From NCBI GenBank assembly GCA_021813945.1, contig JAKAJD010000001.1:9744-73743 (forward strand): 64,000 bases of DNA, in the 5' to 3' direction. Below, piece after piece: positions 8,838 through 17,491 of the stretch. The number at the start of each line of letters is the position of its first letter. Position 1 is the first letter of the stretch. The stretch comes from a bacterium (GTDB lineage Bacteria > Patescibacteriota > Microgenomatia > Curtissbacterales > GWA2-41-24). The notes beneath the pieces are model-generated. The model was not told the DNA's origin. It saw nothing but the letters and a program-made list of their open reading frames with translations, and ran no database searches. A program made the translations under genes and the position numbers.

Positions 8838-9752
8838 ATGAGCAAGATTTTAGTTACCGGCGGAGCAGGATTCATAGGTTCTCACGTCACCAAAATTCTG
8901 CTTGACTCAGGCCACAAAGTAGTAGTTCTGGATAATCTTTCTCAGGGTAAAAAGGAAAACGTCGACAGCAGAGCAGAACTCGTTGTTGCCGACATTAGAA
9001 ATACTCCCGAGGCCGCTTTTAAAGATGTCGATTCGGTAATTCACATGGCAGGTCTTATTGTTGTCCCCGAATCTGTAAAAGACCCAATTAAATACGCCGA
9101 CAACAACGTGATAGGTACGATAGACCTTTTGGAATCTATGCGAAAAGCAAATGTTAAAAGCATAATTTTTTCATCAAGTGCCTGCGTATACGGCTCACCG
9201 GAAAACCTTCCCATAAAAGAAGATGCTCCAGTGCATCCTGATAATCCATATGGCGCTTCAAAAGCGGCAATTGAATCTTTCCTTCAGGCTTACAACGCAA
9301 ACTTTGGTTTTAACGTTACAATTCTTCGCTATTTCAACCCTTACGGTCCGGGTGAAATGCACCAACCGGAAACCCATGCAATCCCAAATTTTATTAAAGC
9401 GGCGCTTGCCAAAAAACCCATTCCTCTTTATTGGAACGGTGAACAAATCCGCGACTTTATTTATATTGAAGATTTAGCACGGGCCCATGTCGATGTTTTA
9501 GGCCAAACAGGTTACAACATTTTTAATATCGGAACAGAAAAAGGTGTAGTAGTTAAAGATGTGGTTTACGAGATTTTCAACATTCTCGGCTTCAAAGTAC
9601 CAATAAATAATCTAGGCAAAAGACTCGGAGATGTCCAGGCAAATTACGCCTCTAGCGAAAAATTAAAAAAAGTCGTCGGCTGGCAAGCAAAAGTGTCTCT
9701 TTCGGAAGGCCTCAAAAAAACCATCGATTTCTATCGTTCTATACTAAAATAG
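8838..9752 (+). CDS. NAD-dependent sugar epimerase/dehydratase (UDP-glucose 4-epimerase-like SDR)
   Basis: Rossmann motif VTGGAGFIGSH and the catalytic YGASK (YxxxK) of extended SDRs. Length 304 aa. Confidence 0.8.
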   Translation: MSKILVTGGAGFIGSHVTKILLDSGHKVVVLDNLSQGKKENVDSRAELVVADIRNTPEAAFKDVDSVIHMAGLIVVPESVKDPIKYADNNVIGTIDLLESMRKANVKSIIFSSSACVYGSPENLPIKEDAPVHPDNPYGASKAAIESFLQAYNANFGFNVTILRYFNPYGPGEMHQPETHAIPNFIKAALAKKPIPLYWNGEQIRDFIYIEDLARAHVDVLGQTGYNIFNIGTEKGVVVKDVVYEIFNILGFKVPINNLGKRLGDVQANYASSEKLKKVVGWQAKVSLSEGLKKTIDFYRSILK

Positions 9753-9758
9753 GCTTGT

Positions 9759-9959
9759 TTAAGGTCTAAGAAGGCGTGCAATTCTTCTAGTTTCTCTCAC
9801 TTGTGCTGCTCGTTCTTGCGGATCGCCCTCAATTACAAAAGACATATCGGGCATTTTTGGTTCACCATCATGCCTTAATACTGGATGAGAACCAAAATGG
9901 TCTCGAGTTCGAGTATTCCTATACAAACCCTGAATCCGCTCAGTCTCATTTCCCGCCAT
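9759..9959 (-). CDS. Hypothetical small Arg-rich protein (66 aa); coding status uncertain
   Basis: It is the only ORF of 60 aa or more in a 263-nt gap whose GC content is visibly higher than the flanks. It has no SD and no recognisable family. Confidence 0.2.
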   Translation of the reverse strand: MAGNETERIQGLYRNTRTRDHFGSHPVLRHDGEPKMPDMSFVIEGDPQERAAQVRETRRIARLLRP

Positions 9960-9981
9960 TAATTGATTATATCATTTAACT

Positions 9982-10009
9982 TTGGCTTTTAACGCTATTC
10001 AATTATAAT
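9982..10009 (+). promoter_or_regulatory. Sigma70-like promoter for greA: TTGGCT, 16-nt spacer, TATAAT
   Basis: TTGGCT at 9982-9987 and TATAAT at 10004-10009. The greA GTG lies only 6 nt downstream, implying a leaderless or near-leaderless transcript. Confidence 0.4.
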
Positions 10010-10015
10010 TAGGAA

Positions 10016-10477
10016 GTGAAAAAGCCGATTGATGTAAAACTTACCAAAGAAGGTTTTGAAAAGCTTCAAAAAGAACTTGAAGAACTAAAGGCAAAAAGGC
10101 CCGGTGTTGTCACCCGCCTTACCGCTGCCCGGGAACAGGGAGACCTTTCCGAAAATGCCGGCTACCATGCCGCCAAAGAAGAATTGGGCTATGTTGATTC
10201 GCGCATCAATGAAATCAAGCTGTTGCTTCGCTTCGGGGATGTAGTTGAATCGAAAGGTGCAGAAATTGTCCAGATCGGAAACACTGTTGTGGTTGAAAAC
10301 GGTGAAGGCAAAAACGAATTTTCCCTGGTAGGCCATTTGGAAGCCGATCCCACAAAAGGCAAACTTTCCGAGATGTCGCCGATAGGTGCCGCACTTATAG
10401 GGAAAAAAGTCGGTGAAACGGTCCAAATCGACGTTCCGGATGGTAAAATTACCTTCAAAATAGTTGAAATTAGGTGA
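10016..10477 (+). CDS. greA: Transcription elongation factor GreA
   Basis: GTG start. N-terminal coiled coil with GDLSENAGYHAAKEELGYVDSRINEIKLLL and a C-terminal FKBP-like domain. Length 153 aa. Confidence 0.9.
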   Translation: MKKPIDVKLTKEGFEKLQKELEELKAKRPGVVTRLTAAREQGDLSENAGYHAAKEELGYVDSRINEIKLLLRFGDVVESKGAEIVQIGNTVVVENGEGKNEFSLVGHLEADPTKGKLSEMSPIGAALIGKKVGETVQIDVPDGKITFKIVEIR

Positions 10478-10481
10478 TCTT

Positions 10482-10511
10482 GACAGCCTAAAATCGAATC
10501 AAATATAATTT
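10482..10511 (+). promoter_or_regulatory. Consensus-like promoter: TTGACA, 18-nt spacer, TATAAT
   Basis: cTTGACAgcctaaaatcgaatcaaaTATAATt immediately downstream of the greA stop and upstream of ORF 10550. Confidence 0.4.
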
Positions 10512-10521
10512 ATCTATAACT

Positions 10522-10547
10522 GCGTTAAGAGCGCAGTTTTTCGTAGC
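10522..10547 (+). terminator. Hairpin plus T-run (ACTGCG-ttaagag-CGCAGT-TTTT); a possible greA terminator or 5'UTR structure of the next gene
   Basis: A perfect 6-bp inverted repeat followed by ttttt. It sits between the promoter-like element and the start of ORF 10550, so its role is ambiguous. Confidence 0.3.
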
Positions 10548-10549
10548 AA

Positions 10550-10984
10550 ATGGCACCAGTTGAATCGTTTATCCAAACAAAAGAATCCGACAAAAAACCA
10601 CTTGATTTAATAAAGCCTGGGCAAGAAGTAACCGACAACACCTTTCCACAAGCTCGAATAATTGTAACTTGCGACGGCCTAGATTTTAACGGTACAGTCG
10701 AGGTCCAAACACCAAAACCTGAAACGATCAGAATGCAACTATTCGAAAGTATTTCTGACAAAAGCCCCAAGCCTCTAGAAGCAGGGGGAAAACATTCCTT
10801 CTCTGGACAACAAAGAGTTGAAATCCGTTCAGAGCTTCACGACGAAATAATTTCTCTTGAGCATAGAGTTGCAGCTGGGGTAGCTTTAAACACCATCAAC
10901 GATTTACTCAGCAAAAGGGCACGTTTCCAAGCTCAACCGGTTGCAAACCCTAAGCCAGCTTTAGCAGTGACAGCATCCAGATAG
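10550..10984 (+). CDS. Hypothetical soluble protein (144 aa), no recognised family
   Basis: A clean ORF with its own promoter-like element. It has no TM segments and no motifs I recognise. Confidence 0.5.
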   Translation: MAPVESFIQTKESDKKPLDLIKPGQEVTDNTFPQARIIVTCDGLDFNGTVEVQTPKPETIRMQLFESISDKSPKPLEAGGKHSFSGQQRVEIRSELHDEIISLEHRVAAGVALNTINDLLSKRARFQAQPVANPKPALAVTASR

Positions 10985-11028
10985 CCTTGTCTGGTTGTCA
11001 CGACCTACGATATAATTACCTAGTCTAA

Positions 11029-11781
11029 ATGAAAGGCGTTATTTTAGCAGGCGGTTTAGGCACAAGGCTTTACCCCTTAACTCACGCAACAAATAAGCAC
11101 TTACTTCCTGTTTTTGACCAGCCCATGATCTATTACCCAATCCAAACGCTTGTGGAAGCTGGAATAGAGGATATTTTGATAGTAGTCGGTGGACCTCACG
11201 CGGGCGATTTCATCCGAGTTTTACAAAACGGTAAAGAATTCGGCATTCGCCACCTCGAGTATGCATATCAAAACTCCGGTGATGGAGGGATTGCGGATGC
11301 CCTAAAGCTAGCGGAAGATTTTGCAGATGATGATTCAATTACTGTAATTTTAGGGGACAACTGTACAGATGCAGACCTTTCCAAAGAAGTAAAATCTTTC
11401 AAAGACGGAGCAGTTATATTCTTAAAAGACGTTGATGATCCCGAAAGGTTTGGTATTGCCCAATTAGACCCGAAAGATCCTAAAAAAGTGATCGGAATTG
11501 AAGAAAAACCGAAAAACCCAAAAAGTAACAAAGCTGTCACAGGAGTTTACATTTACGATAGTAATGTTTTTTCTCACATTAAAAAAATAAAACCGTCAGC
11601 AAGAGGCCAAATGGAAATTACCGATGTTAACAACATTTATATTAAAGAAGGTAAGCTCAGATGGGCCGAGCTTTCCGGATTTTGGTCGGACGCCGGCACT
11701 TTCGATAGTCTCTATAGAACGAACGTTTTTTGGGCTCGAAAACTCTTAGGCAAAAAGGAAAAAGACCTCACAACTTTTTAA
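11029..11781 (+). CDS. rmlA: Glucose-1-phosphate thymidylyl/uridylyltransferase (RmlA-family sugar nucleotidyltransferase, short form)
   Basis: N-terminus MKGVILAGGLGTRLYPLTHATNKHLLPVFDQPMIYYPIQTL matches the RmlA signature G(G/A)xGTRLxPxT. It is followed by rmlB, rmlC and rmlD. Confidence 0.75.
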   Translation: MKGVILAGGLGTRLYPLTHATNKHLLPVFDQPMIYYPIQTLVEAGIEDILIVVGGPHAGDFIRVLQNGKEFGIRHLEYAYQNSGDGGIADALKLAEDFADDDSITVILGDNCTDADLSKEVKSFKDGAVIFLKDVDDPERFGIAQLDPKDPKKVIGIEEKPKNPKSNKAVTGVYIYDSNVFSHIKKIKPSARGQMEITDVNNIYIKEGKLRWAELSGFWSDAGTFDSLYRTNVFWARKLLGKKEKDLTTF

Positions 11782-11785
11782 TCGC

Positions 11786-12808
11786 ATGAGCAAATTATTA
11801 GTAACAGGCGGCGCTGGATTTATAGGATCCAACTTTGTTCACTATTGGCTTAAAATCCATCCTGAAGATACAGTAGTTAACTTTGACAAACTTACTTATG
11901 CGGGCAACCTGGAAAATCTAAGCGACTTAAAAGAGAATCCTCATCACAAGTTCATAAAAGGTGATATTGCGAATTCCGACGATGTCAAAGGCGCGATGGA
12001 AGGAGTGGATATAGTCGTTAATTTTGCAGCCGAATCTCATGTCGACAGGTCTATTCAAGACCCGGCGCCATTTGTTTTAACAAATGTTGTTGGAACCCAA
12101 GTACTTTTAGATAATGCAAAAAACGCAAAGGTAAAGCGGTTTCACCATGTTTCAACAGACGAAGTTTTTGGTGCGCTAAAACTCGACTCAAAAGAAAAAT
12201 TTAACGAGGAGACAAAATACAACCCAAATAGTCCCTATGCTGCATCAAAAGCTGCATCAGATCATCTTGTACGGGCCTATTATGAAACTTACGGCTTGCC
12301 AATAACCATCACTAACTGTTCAAATAATTTTGGCCCATTTCAATACCCCGAAAAACTAATATCGCTTTCAATCACAAATTTACTCGAAGGCGATAAAGTG
12401 CCGGTTTATGGGGACGGTTTATATGTCCGGGACTGGCTTTACGTAGAAGATCACTGCAGCGCGATAGATTTAGTTCTGCAAAAAGGCAAAATTGGCCAAA
12501 CCTATTGCATAGGGGTCGACAACGATATTCCAAATATCAAAGTGATAAGGCTAATACTTGAGGCGCTGGGGTTTGGAGAAGATAAAATCGAGCATGTTAC
12601 CGATAGACCAGGGCACGATAGGCGCTATGCAATAGATGCAGCAAAAATTAAAAAAGAATTGGGCTGGAAACCAAGCTTCCAATTCGAAGAAGCAATCAAT
12701 TTAACTGTGAAGTGGTACAAAGAAAACGAAAAATGGTGGAAAAGCCTTAGGGGTAAAGATTACCTGGAATATTATCGTAAGCAGTATACTCAAAGGAGAG
12801 ACCAATGA
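11786..12808 (+). CDS. rmlB: dTDP-glucose 4,6-dehydratase
   Basis: LVTGGAGFIGSNFVHYW, the catalytic YAASKAASDHLVRAY, and a length of 340 aa. Confidence 0.85.
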   Translation: MSKLLVTGGAGFIGSNFVHYWLKIHPEDTVVNFDKLTYAGNLENLSDLKENPHHKFIKGDIANSDDVKGAMEGVDIVVNFAAESHVDRSIQDPAPFVLTNVVGTQVLLDNAKNAKVKRFHHVSTDEVFGALKLDSKEKFNEETKYNPNSPYAASKAASDHLVRAYYETYGLPITITNCSNNFGPFQYPEKLISLSITNLLEGDKVPVYGDGLYVRDWLYVEDHCSAIDLVLQKGKIGQTYCIGVDNDIPNIKVIRLILEALGFGEDKIEHVTDRPGHDRRYAIDAAKIKKELGWKPSFQFEEAINLTVKWYKENEKWWKSLRGKDYLEYYRKQYTQRRDQ

Positions 12809-13329
12809 ATAATAGTTATTTCGACCTTGCCCACCAGCAAGAACTGATTGAAGGAGTTATTGTCAGAAAACTAATAGTTCACAAAGACGAAACCGGCGGG
12901 CTTTTTGAGACGTTAAGAGTTGATTGGCCCGATGTTTACAATGAGACCAATTTAAAATTTCAAATGCAGTATATGTCAATTACACCATCCGCTATTGCCC
13001 GCGACGAAAAACAATGGCACGTCCACAAAAACCAAAGTGACCGTTTTATTTGCGCCTCAGGAAGGATTGTCACCGCAGTTTTTGACCCCAGAACGGCGTC
13101 AAAAACGAACGGAAAGTTAAATTTATTTGTGATGAGCCCCTCCTCTGAAGATGAAATGTATATGCTAGTAATCCCTCCCGAGACATATCATGGCTTCATG
13201 GTAATTTCAAAAGAACAGGGATATCTTTTAAACTTTCCAACACAACTTTATAATCCTCAAGACGAAGGACGAGTAGACCACGCGCAAGATTTTACCTGGC
13301 AAAGCGTAAGGGAGGATTTTGGGCTCTGA
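12805..13329 (+). CDS. rmlC: dTDP-4-dehydrorhamnose 3,5-epimerase-like (RmlC cupin)
   Basis: 174-aa cupin with WHVHKNQSDRFICASGRIVTAVFDPR and YHGFMV. The stop/start overlap places it between rmlB and rmlD. Confidence 0.7.
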   Translation: MNNSYFDLAHQQELIEGVIVRKLIVHKDETGGLFETLRVDWPDVYNETNLKFQMQYMSITPSAIARDEKQWHVHKNQSDRFICASGRIVTAVFDPRTASKTNGKLNLFVMSPSSEDEMYMLVIPPETYHGFMVISKEQGYLLNFPTQLYNPQDEGRVDHAQDFTWQSVREDFGL

Positions 13330-14227
13330 CATTCCCGAAAAAATCGCGGTAATTGGTGCATCCTCTATGGTTGGCTCCCGTTTCTGCGAGCTTTTCAAAA
13401 ATCAAAAAAATCTGATAAAAGCGGATCTTAAAGGCGAAAACAATATCGACATCACTAGTTCTGAATCAGTCAATGACTTTTTCAAAAGAAATGATTTTGA
13501 TGTCGCCATCCTTTTTTCAGCCTATACGGATGTGGATCGAGCCGAAACAGAGCGCGACAACAAGAACGGCATTTGCTGGAAAATAAACGTTGAAGGTTTA
13601 ACAAATATTGTCGAGACTTGCAAGAAAACCAAAAGAAAACTTGTTTTCATCTCAACAGACTTTGTTTTTGATGGTGAAAAAGGACCCTATAATGAAGATG
13701 CCAAAAGAGGGGGAGATCCCGCTAAAATCTCATGGTATGGTATTACAAAAATTAGAGGTGAAGAAACAGTTGAAACATTAGAAAAAGATTATATAATCGT
13801 AAGAATTTCTTATCCATATAGATCAAGTTTCCCCAAAAAAGAAGATTTTGCGAGACAAATCTTAAAAAGGTTTGACGAGGGCACACTTTATCCTATGTTT
13901 ACCGACCAGGTCTTCACACCAAGTTTTATTGACGATATACCGGAAGCCTTTGAATTCCTAATTCAAAATAGATCATCCGGTATCTTCCACATTGTCAGCC
14001 CTAATTCCACAACACCATACGATTTTGCTTACGAGCTTCTTAGAACATTTGGCAAGGATTCATCAATTCTTAAAAAGGGCTCCTTAGCCGATTTTTTAAA
14101 AATCGGTGATAAAGCTCCCAGACCGCTAAATTCTGCAATGCTCACTACAAAAATACAATATTTAGGCTATAAACCAACAGATTGGAGAGAAGGAATAGAA
14201 AAGATTTTTGCCCAAAGCAAAAATTGA
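13319..14227 (+). CDS. rmlD: dTDP-4-dehydrorhamnose reductase
   Basis: IAVIGASSMVGSRF Rossmann motif, YGITKIRGEE (YxxxK), a length of 302 aa, and a position completing rmlABCD. Confidence 0.75.
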   Translation: MGSDIPEKIAVIGASSMVGSRFCELFKNQKNLIKADLKGENNIDITSSESVNDFFKRNDFDVAILFSAYTDVDRAETERDNKNGICWKINVEGLTNIVETCKKTKRKLVFISTDFVFDGEKGPYNEDAKRGGDPAKISWYGITKIRGEETVETLEKDYIIVRISYPYRSSFPKKEDFARQILKRFDEGTLYPMFTDQVFTPSFIDDIPEAFEFLIQNRSSGIFHIVSPNSTTPYDFAYELLRTFGKDSSILKKGSLADFLKIGDKAPRPLNSAMLTTKIQYLGYKPTDWREGIEKIFAQSKN

Positions 14228-14258
14228 TTGAACTTCTCTAATTAGCTAAAATTAACAA

Positions 14259-15563
14259 ATGACAATCACCGTAATCGGCGCAGGTTATGTTGGACTGGTA
14301 ACTGCTTCTCTTTTTGCCGAACTTGGAAATAAGGTTTATTGCATTGATATTGATAAGGCAAGAATAGCAAATCTCAAAAAAGGGATTGTTCCGTTTTATG
14401 AACCATCACTTGCTGAATATATATCAAGAAGCATTAAAGAAAAGCGCCTCTTTTTTACAGACTCGTACAGCCAATCGGTCCCCAAATCTCAAATAGTCTT
14501 TATATGTGTTGGAACCCCTCCAAAAAATAATGGGGAAGCAGATCTAACATATCTCTTTTCAGCAGTCGAAGAAGCTGCAAAAAATTTAAAAGGTTACACC
14601 TTGATTACTATAAAAAGCACTATTCCAATAGGCTTTGAACACGATCTCGAAGCAATAGTTAAAAAATATGCAAAATCTAAATATGAATTCGCATCATCAC
14701 CGGAATTCTTACGAGAAGGCACAGCTATTTCTGATTCACTTCATCCCGACAGAATTGTAATAGGGACAAACAGCAAGAAAGCAGAAAAAATGTTGCTTGA
14801 ACTCCATGCTCCGCTCCCTGGTGAAAGGATTATCTGCGATACCAGGAGTGCTCAGCTAATAAAATATGCATCTAATTCTTTTTTAGCCACCAAAATATCC
14901 TTTGCTAACGCGCTTGCTGCAATTTGTGAGAAAACAGGCGCTGATGTTGCAAAAGTTGTTCAAGGGGTTGGTGCTGATAAAAGAATAGGACATTCCTATC
15001 TTTACCCCGGCGTTGGATACGGTGGCTCTTGTTTACCAAAAGACGTTCTGGCATTTATTGCCCAAACAAGAAACTTCGATTACGACTTCGAACTTTTAAG
15101 AGCCGTTGATGCCATAAATAACGCTCAAGTTTCAAGTTTGGTCAACAAAATTAGAAAATCTTTGGGTATAACTGATAAGACAGGTAAAAATCTAGAAGGA
15201 GTCGAAGTAGCAATTCTCGGATTAGCTTTCAAACCCAATACGGATGATATGAGAGATGCACCCTCAGTTAAAATCATAAACGTTCTTGTTGATCTTGGTG
15301 CAAACATCACCGCATACGATCCTAAAAGTAATGAAGTGGCCAAAAAAATATTGCCAAATATCAAATATGCCAACGATCTTTATAAAGCGATTAACGAAAA
15401 AGATTTAATGGTAATCGTTACAGAATGGCCTCAATTTGCTGAAATAGATTTGGAAAAAGCAAAAAAGCTTTTAAAAAAACCTATTATTGTTGATGGTAGA
15501 AATATTTTAGATCCCAAAAAAGCGAGAGATCTTGGATTTTCATACACTGGAATAGGCAGATGA
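14259..15563 (+). CDS. Nucleotide-sugar dehydrogenase (UDP-glucose 6-dehydrogenase family)
   Basis: MTITVIGAGYVGLVTA, the catalytic-Cys motif GGSCLPKD, and a length of 434 aa. Confidence 0.8.
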   Translation: MTITVIGAGYVGLVTASLFAELGNKVYCIDIDKARIANLKKGIVPFYEPSLAEYISRSIKEKRLFFTDSYSQSVPKSQIVFICVGTPPKNNGEADLTYLFSAVEEAAKNLKGYTLITIKSTIPIGFEHDLEAIVKKYAKSKYEFASSPEFLREGTAISDSLHPDRIVIGTNSKKAEKMLLELHAPLPGERIICDTRSAQLIKYASNSFLATKISFANALAAICEKTGADVAKVVQGVGADKRIGHSYLYPGVGYGGSCLPKDVLAFIAQTRNFDYDFELLRAVDAINNAQVSSLVNKIRKSLGITDKTGKNLEGVEVAILGLAFKPNTDDMRDAPSVKIINVLVDLGANITAYDPKSNEVAKKILPNIKYANDLYKAINEKDLMVIVTEWPQFAEIDLEKAKKLLKKPIIVDGRNILDPKKARDLGFSYTGIGR

Positions 15564-16513
15564 AAAAAGCGCTTATAACGGGGGCTGCAGGTTTCGTTGG
15601 CAATCATTTATCAGAACACCTAATTTTAAATGGTATTGAAGTGTTTGGATTAATTCATCCAAGTCATCCAGCGCAGCACTCGAAAAATTTGAGTAAAAAA
15701 ATCAAAATTATAAAGTGTGACCTTTTAAAAAAAAATGACTTAGAAAGGGTTTTGAAGGGAAATAGATTCGAATACATATTTCATCTGGCGGCTTTTTCAT
15801 CTCCACCCCAAAGCTTTATAGATCCTACGAACACACTAAAAAACAACATAATCGGACAACTGAATTTATTAGAAATTTTAGCTTCATCTAATTCAGACAC
15901 TAAAATCTTGATCGTGGGATCTTCCGATGAATATGGTGATGTAGAAGAAAAATATTTGCCTGTTGCGGAAGACACACCTTTTTCACCCCAATCACCGTAT
16001 GCTGTTTCAAAAATCGCTCAAGAAATGATAGGCCTCCAATTTTTTTTGCATAATAAGTTGAAAACGGTGCGGGTAAGGCCATTTAACCATATCGGCCCTG
16101 GGCAATCACTTCTATTTGCTATTCCTGCATTCGCTTCACAAATCGCAAAGCTCGAAAAAGCTGGCGGTGGAGAGATGTATGTAGGAAACTTAAATTCCTG
16201 GAGAGATTTTACTGACGTTCGCGACATTGCAAAGGCTTATTTATTAGCACTTGAGAAAGGCACGCCTGGTGATGTATATAATATTGGTTCTGGAAAAGTT
16301 TATAAAATTGCTGATATATTAGAGGAATTAATTTCGCTTGCAAAGGTTAAAATTAAAGTAAAATTGGATCCAAAACTTATAAGAAACATGGACGCTAAAA
16401 AGATATATTGCGATTTTTCTAAATTCAGCACCAAAACTGGATGGCAGCCACAGGTACCTATAGAAAAAACTCTTTTTGATACAATTGAGTACGAAAGAAA
16501 AAAGTTAAACTAA
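15560..16513 (+). CDS. NAD(P)-dependent epimerase/reductase, probably the GDP-4-keto-6-deoxy-D-mannose reductase partner of Gmd (Rmd/Fcl-like)
   Basis: LITGAAGFVGNHL and YAVSK (YxxxK). Its stop overlaps the gmd start. Confidence 0.6.
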   Translation: MKKALITGAAGFVGNHLSEHLILNGIEVFGLIHPSHPAQHSKNLSKKIKIIKCDLLKKNDLERVLKGNRFEYIFHLAAFSSPPQSFIDPTNTLKNNIIGQLNLLEILASSNSDTKILIVGSSDEYGDVEEKYLPVAEDTPFSPQSPYAVSKIAQEMIGLQFFLHNKLKTVRVRPFNHIGPGQSLLFAIPAFASQIAKLEKAGGGEMYVGNLNSWRDFTDVRDIAKAYLLALEKGTPGDVYNIGSGKVYKIADILEELISLAKVKIKVKLDPKLIRNMDAKKIYCDFSKFSTKTGWQPQVPIEKTLFDTIEYERKKLN

Positions 16514-17491
16514 ATGGCACAAAAAAGAGCGTTAATAACTGGAATAACTGGTCAAGACGGTTCCTACTTAGCCGAGTTTCTTTTGTCAAAAGGTTATAGC
16601 GTTTTTGGCCTCACCAGAAGAACATCCACACCAAATTATGAACGGATAAAGCATATCGAGGATCAAATTCAACTAATTCCTGGTGACTTGCTCGACCAGC
16701 AATCTCTTACCACCGCAGTGGAAATTTCCAAACCGGATGAAATCTACAACCTCGCGGCCCAAAGCTTCGTTGCAACTTCTTGGTCACAACCTGTTTTAAC
16801 AGGGGAATTCACGGCTCTCGGTGTGACCAGAATGTTAGAGGCGATGCGACAGCTCGCCCCAAAAGCCAAATTTTACCAAGCTTCTTCTTCTGAAATGTTC
16901 GGCCAAGCAGAAGAATCACCTCAAACTGAAAACACTCGGTTTCACCCTAGAAGCCCATATGGAGTGGCCAAAGTTTACGGTCATTGGATCACTATAAATT
17001 ATCGCGAATCATACGATCTTTTTGCAGTTTCCGGAATTCTATTTAATCATGAATCTCCAAGAAGAGGTTTGGAATTTGTAACTCGTAAAATTTCCCATGG
17101 AGTTGCCAGAATTCACCTTGGTCAGGTAGAAGAATTAGTACTCGGTAACCTTAACGCCAGACGTGATTGGGGATTTGCTGGTGACTACGTACAGGCTATG
17201 TGGAAGATGCTCCAACAAGAAAAGCCAGACGATTATGTTATAGCAACAGGAGAAAATCATTCTGTTGAAGATTTCGTTGTCGAAGCTTTTAGGGTCGTTG
17301 GAATTTCGAATTGGAAAAAATATGTCAAATCATCGAAAGAATATATGCGTCCGGCAGAAGTAGATTTCTTAATTGGTAATTGTACAAAGGCCAAGAAAAT
17401 TCTAGAGTGGGAACCGACTGTATCATTCCAACAACTCGTTAAAATGATGGTAGAAAACGACATTGCGCTTCTTAAGAAAAACTCCAAATGA
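16514..17491 (+). CDS. gmd: GDP-mannose 4,6-dehydratase
   Basis: ALITGITGQDGSYLAEFLLSKGY is the hallmark Gmd N-terminus. Also YGVAKVYGHW. Length 325 aa. Confidence 0.9.
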   Translation: MAQKRALITGITGQDGSYLAEFLLSKGYSVFGLTRRTSTPNYERIKHIEDQIQLIPGDLLDQQSLTTAVEISKPDEIYNLAAQSFVATSWSQPVLTGEFTALGVTRMLEAMRQLAPKAKFYQASSSEMFGQAEESPQTENTRFHPRSPYGVAKVYGHWITINYRESYDLFAVSGILFNHESPRRGLEFVTRKISHGVARIHLGQVEELVLGNLNARRDWGFAGDYVQAMWKMLQQEKPDDYVIATGENHSVEDFVVEAFRVVGISNWKKYVKSSKEYMRPAEVDFLIGNCTKAKKILEWEPTVSFQQLVKMMVENDIALLKKNSK

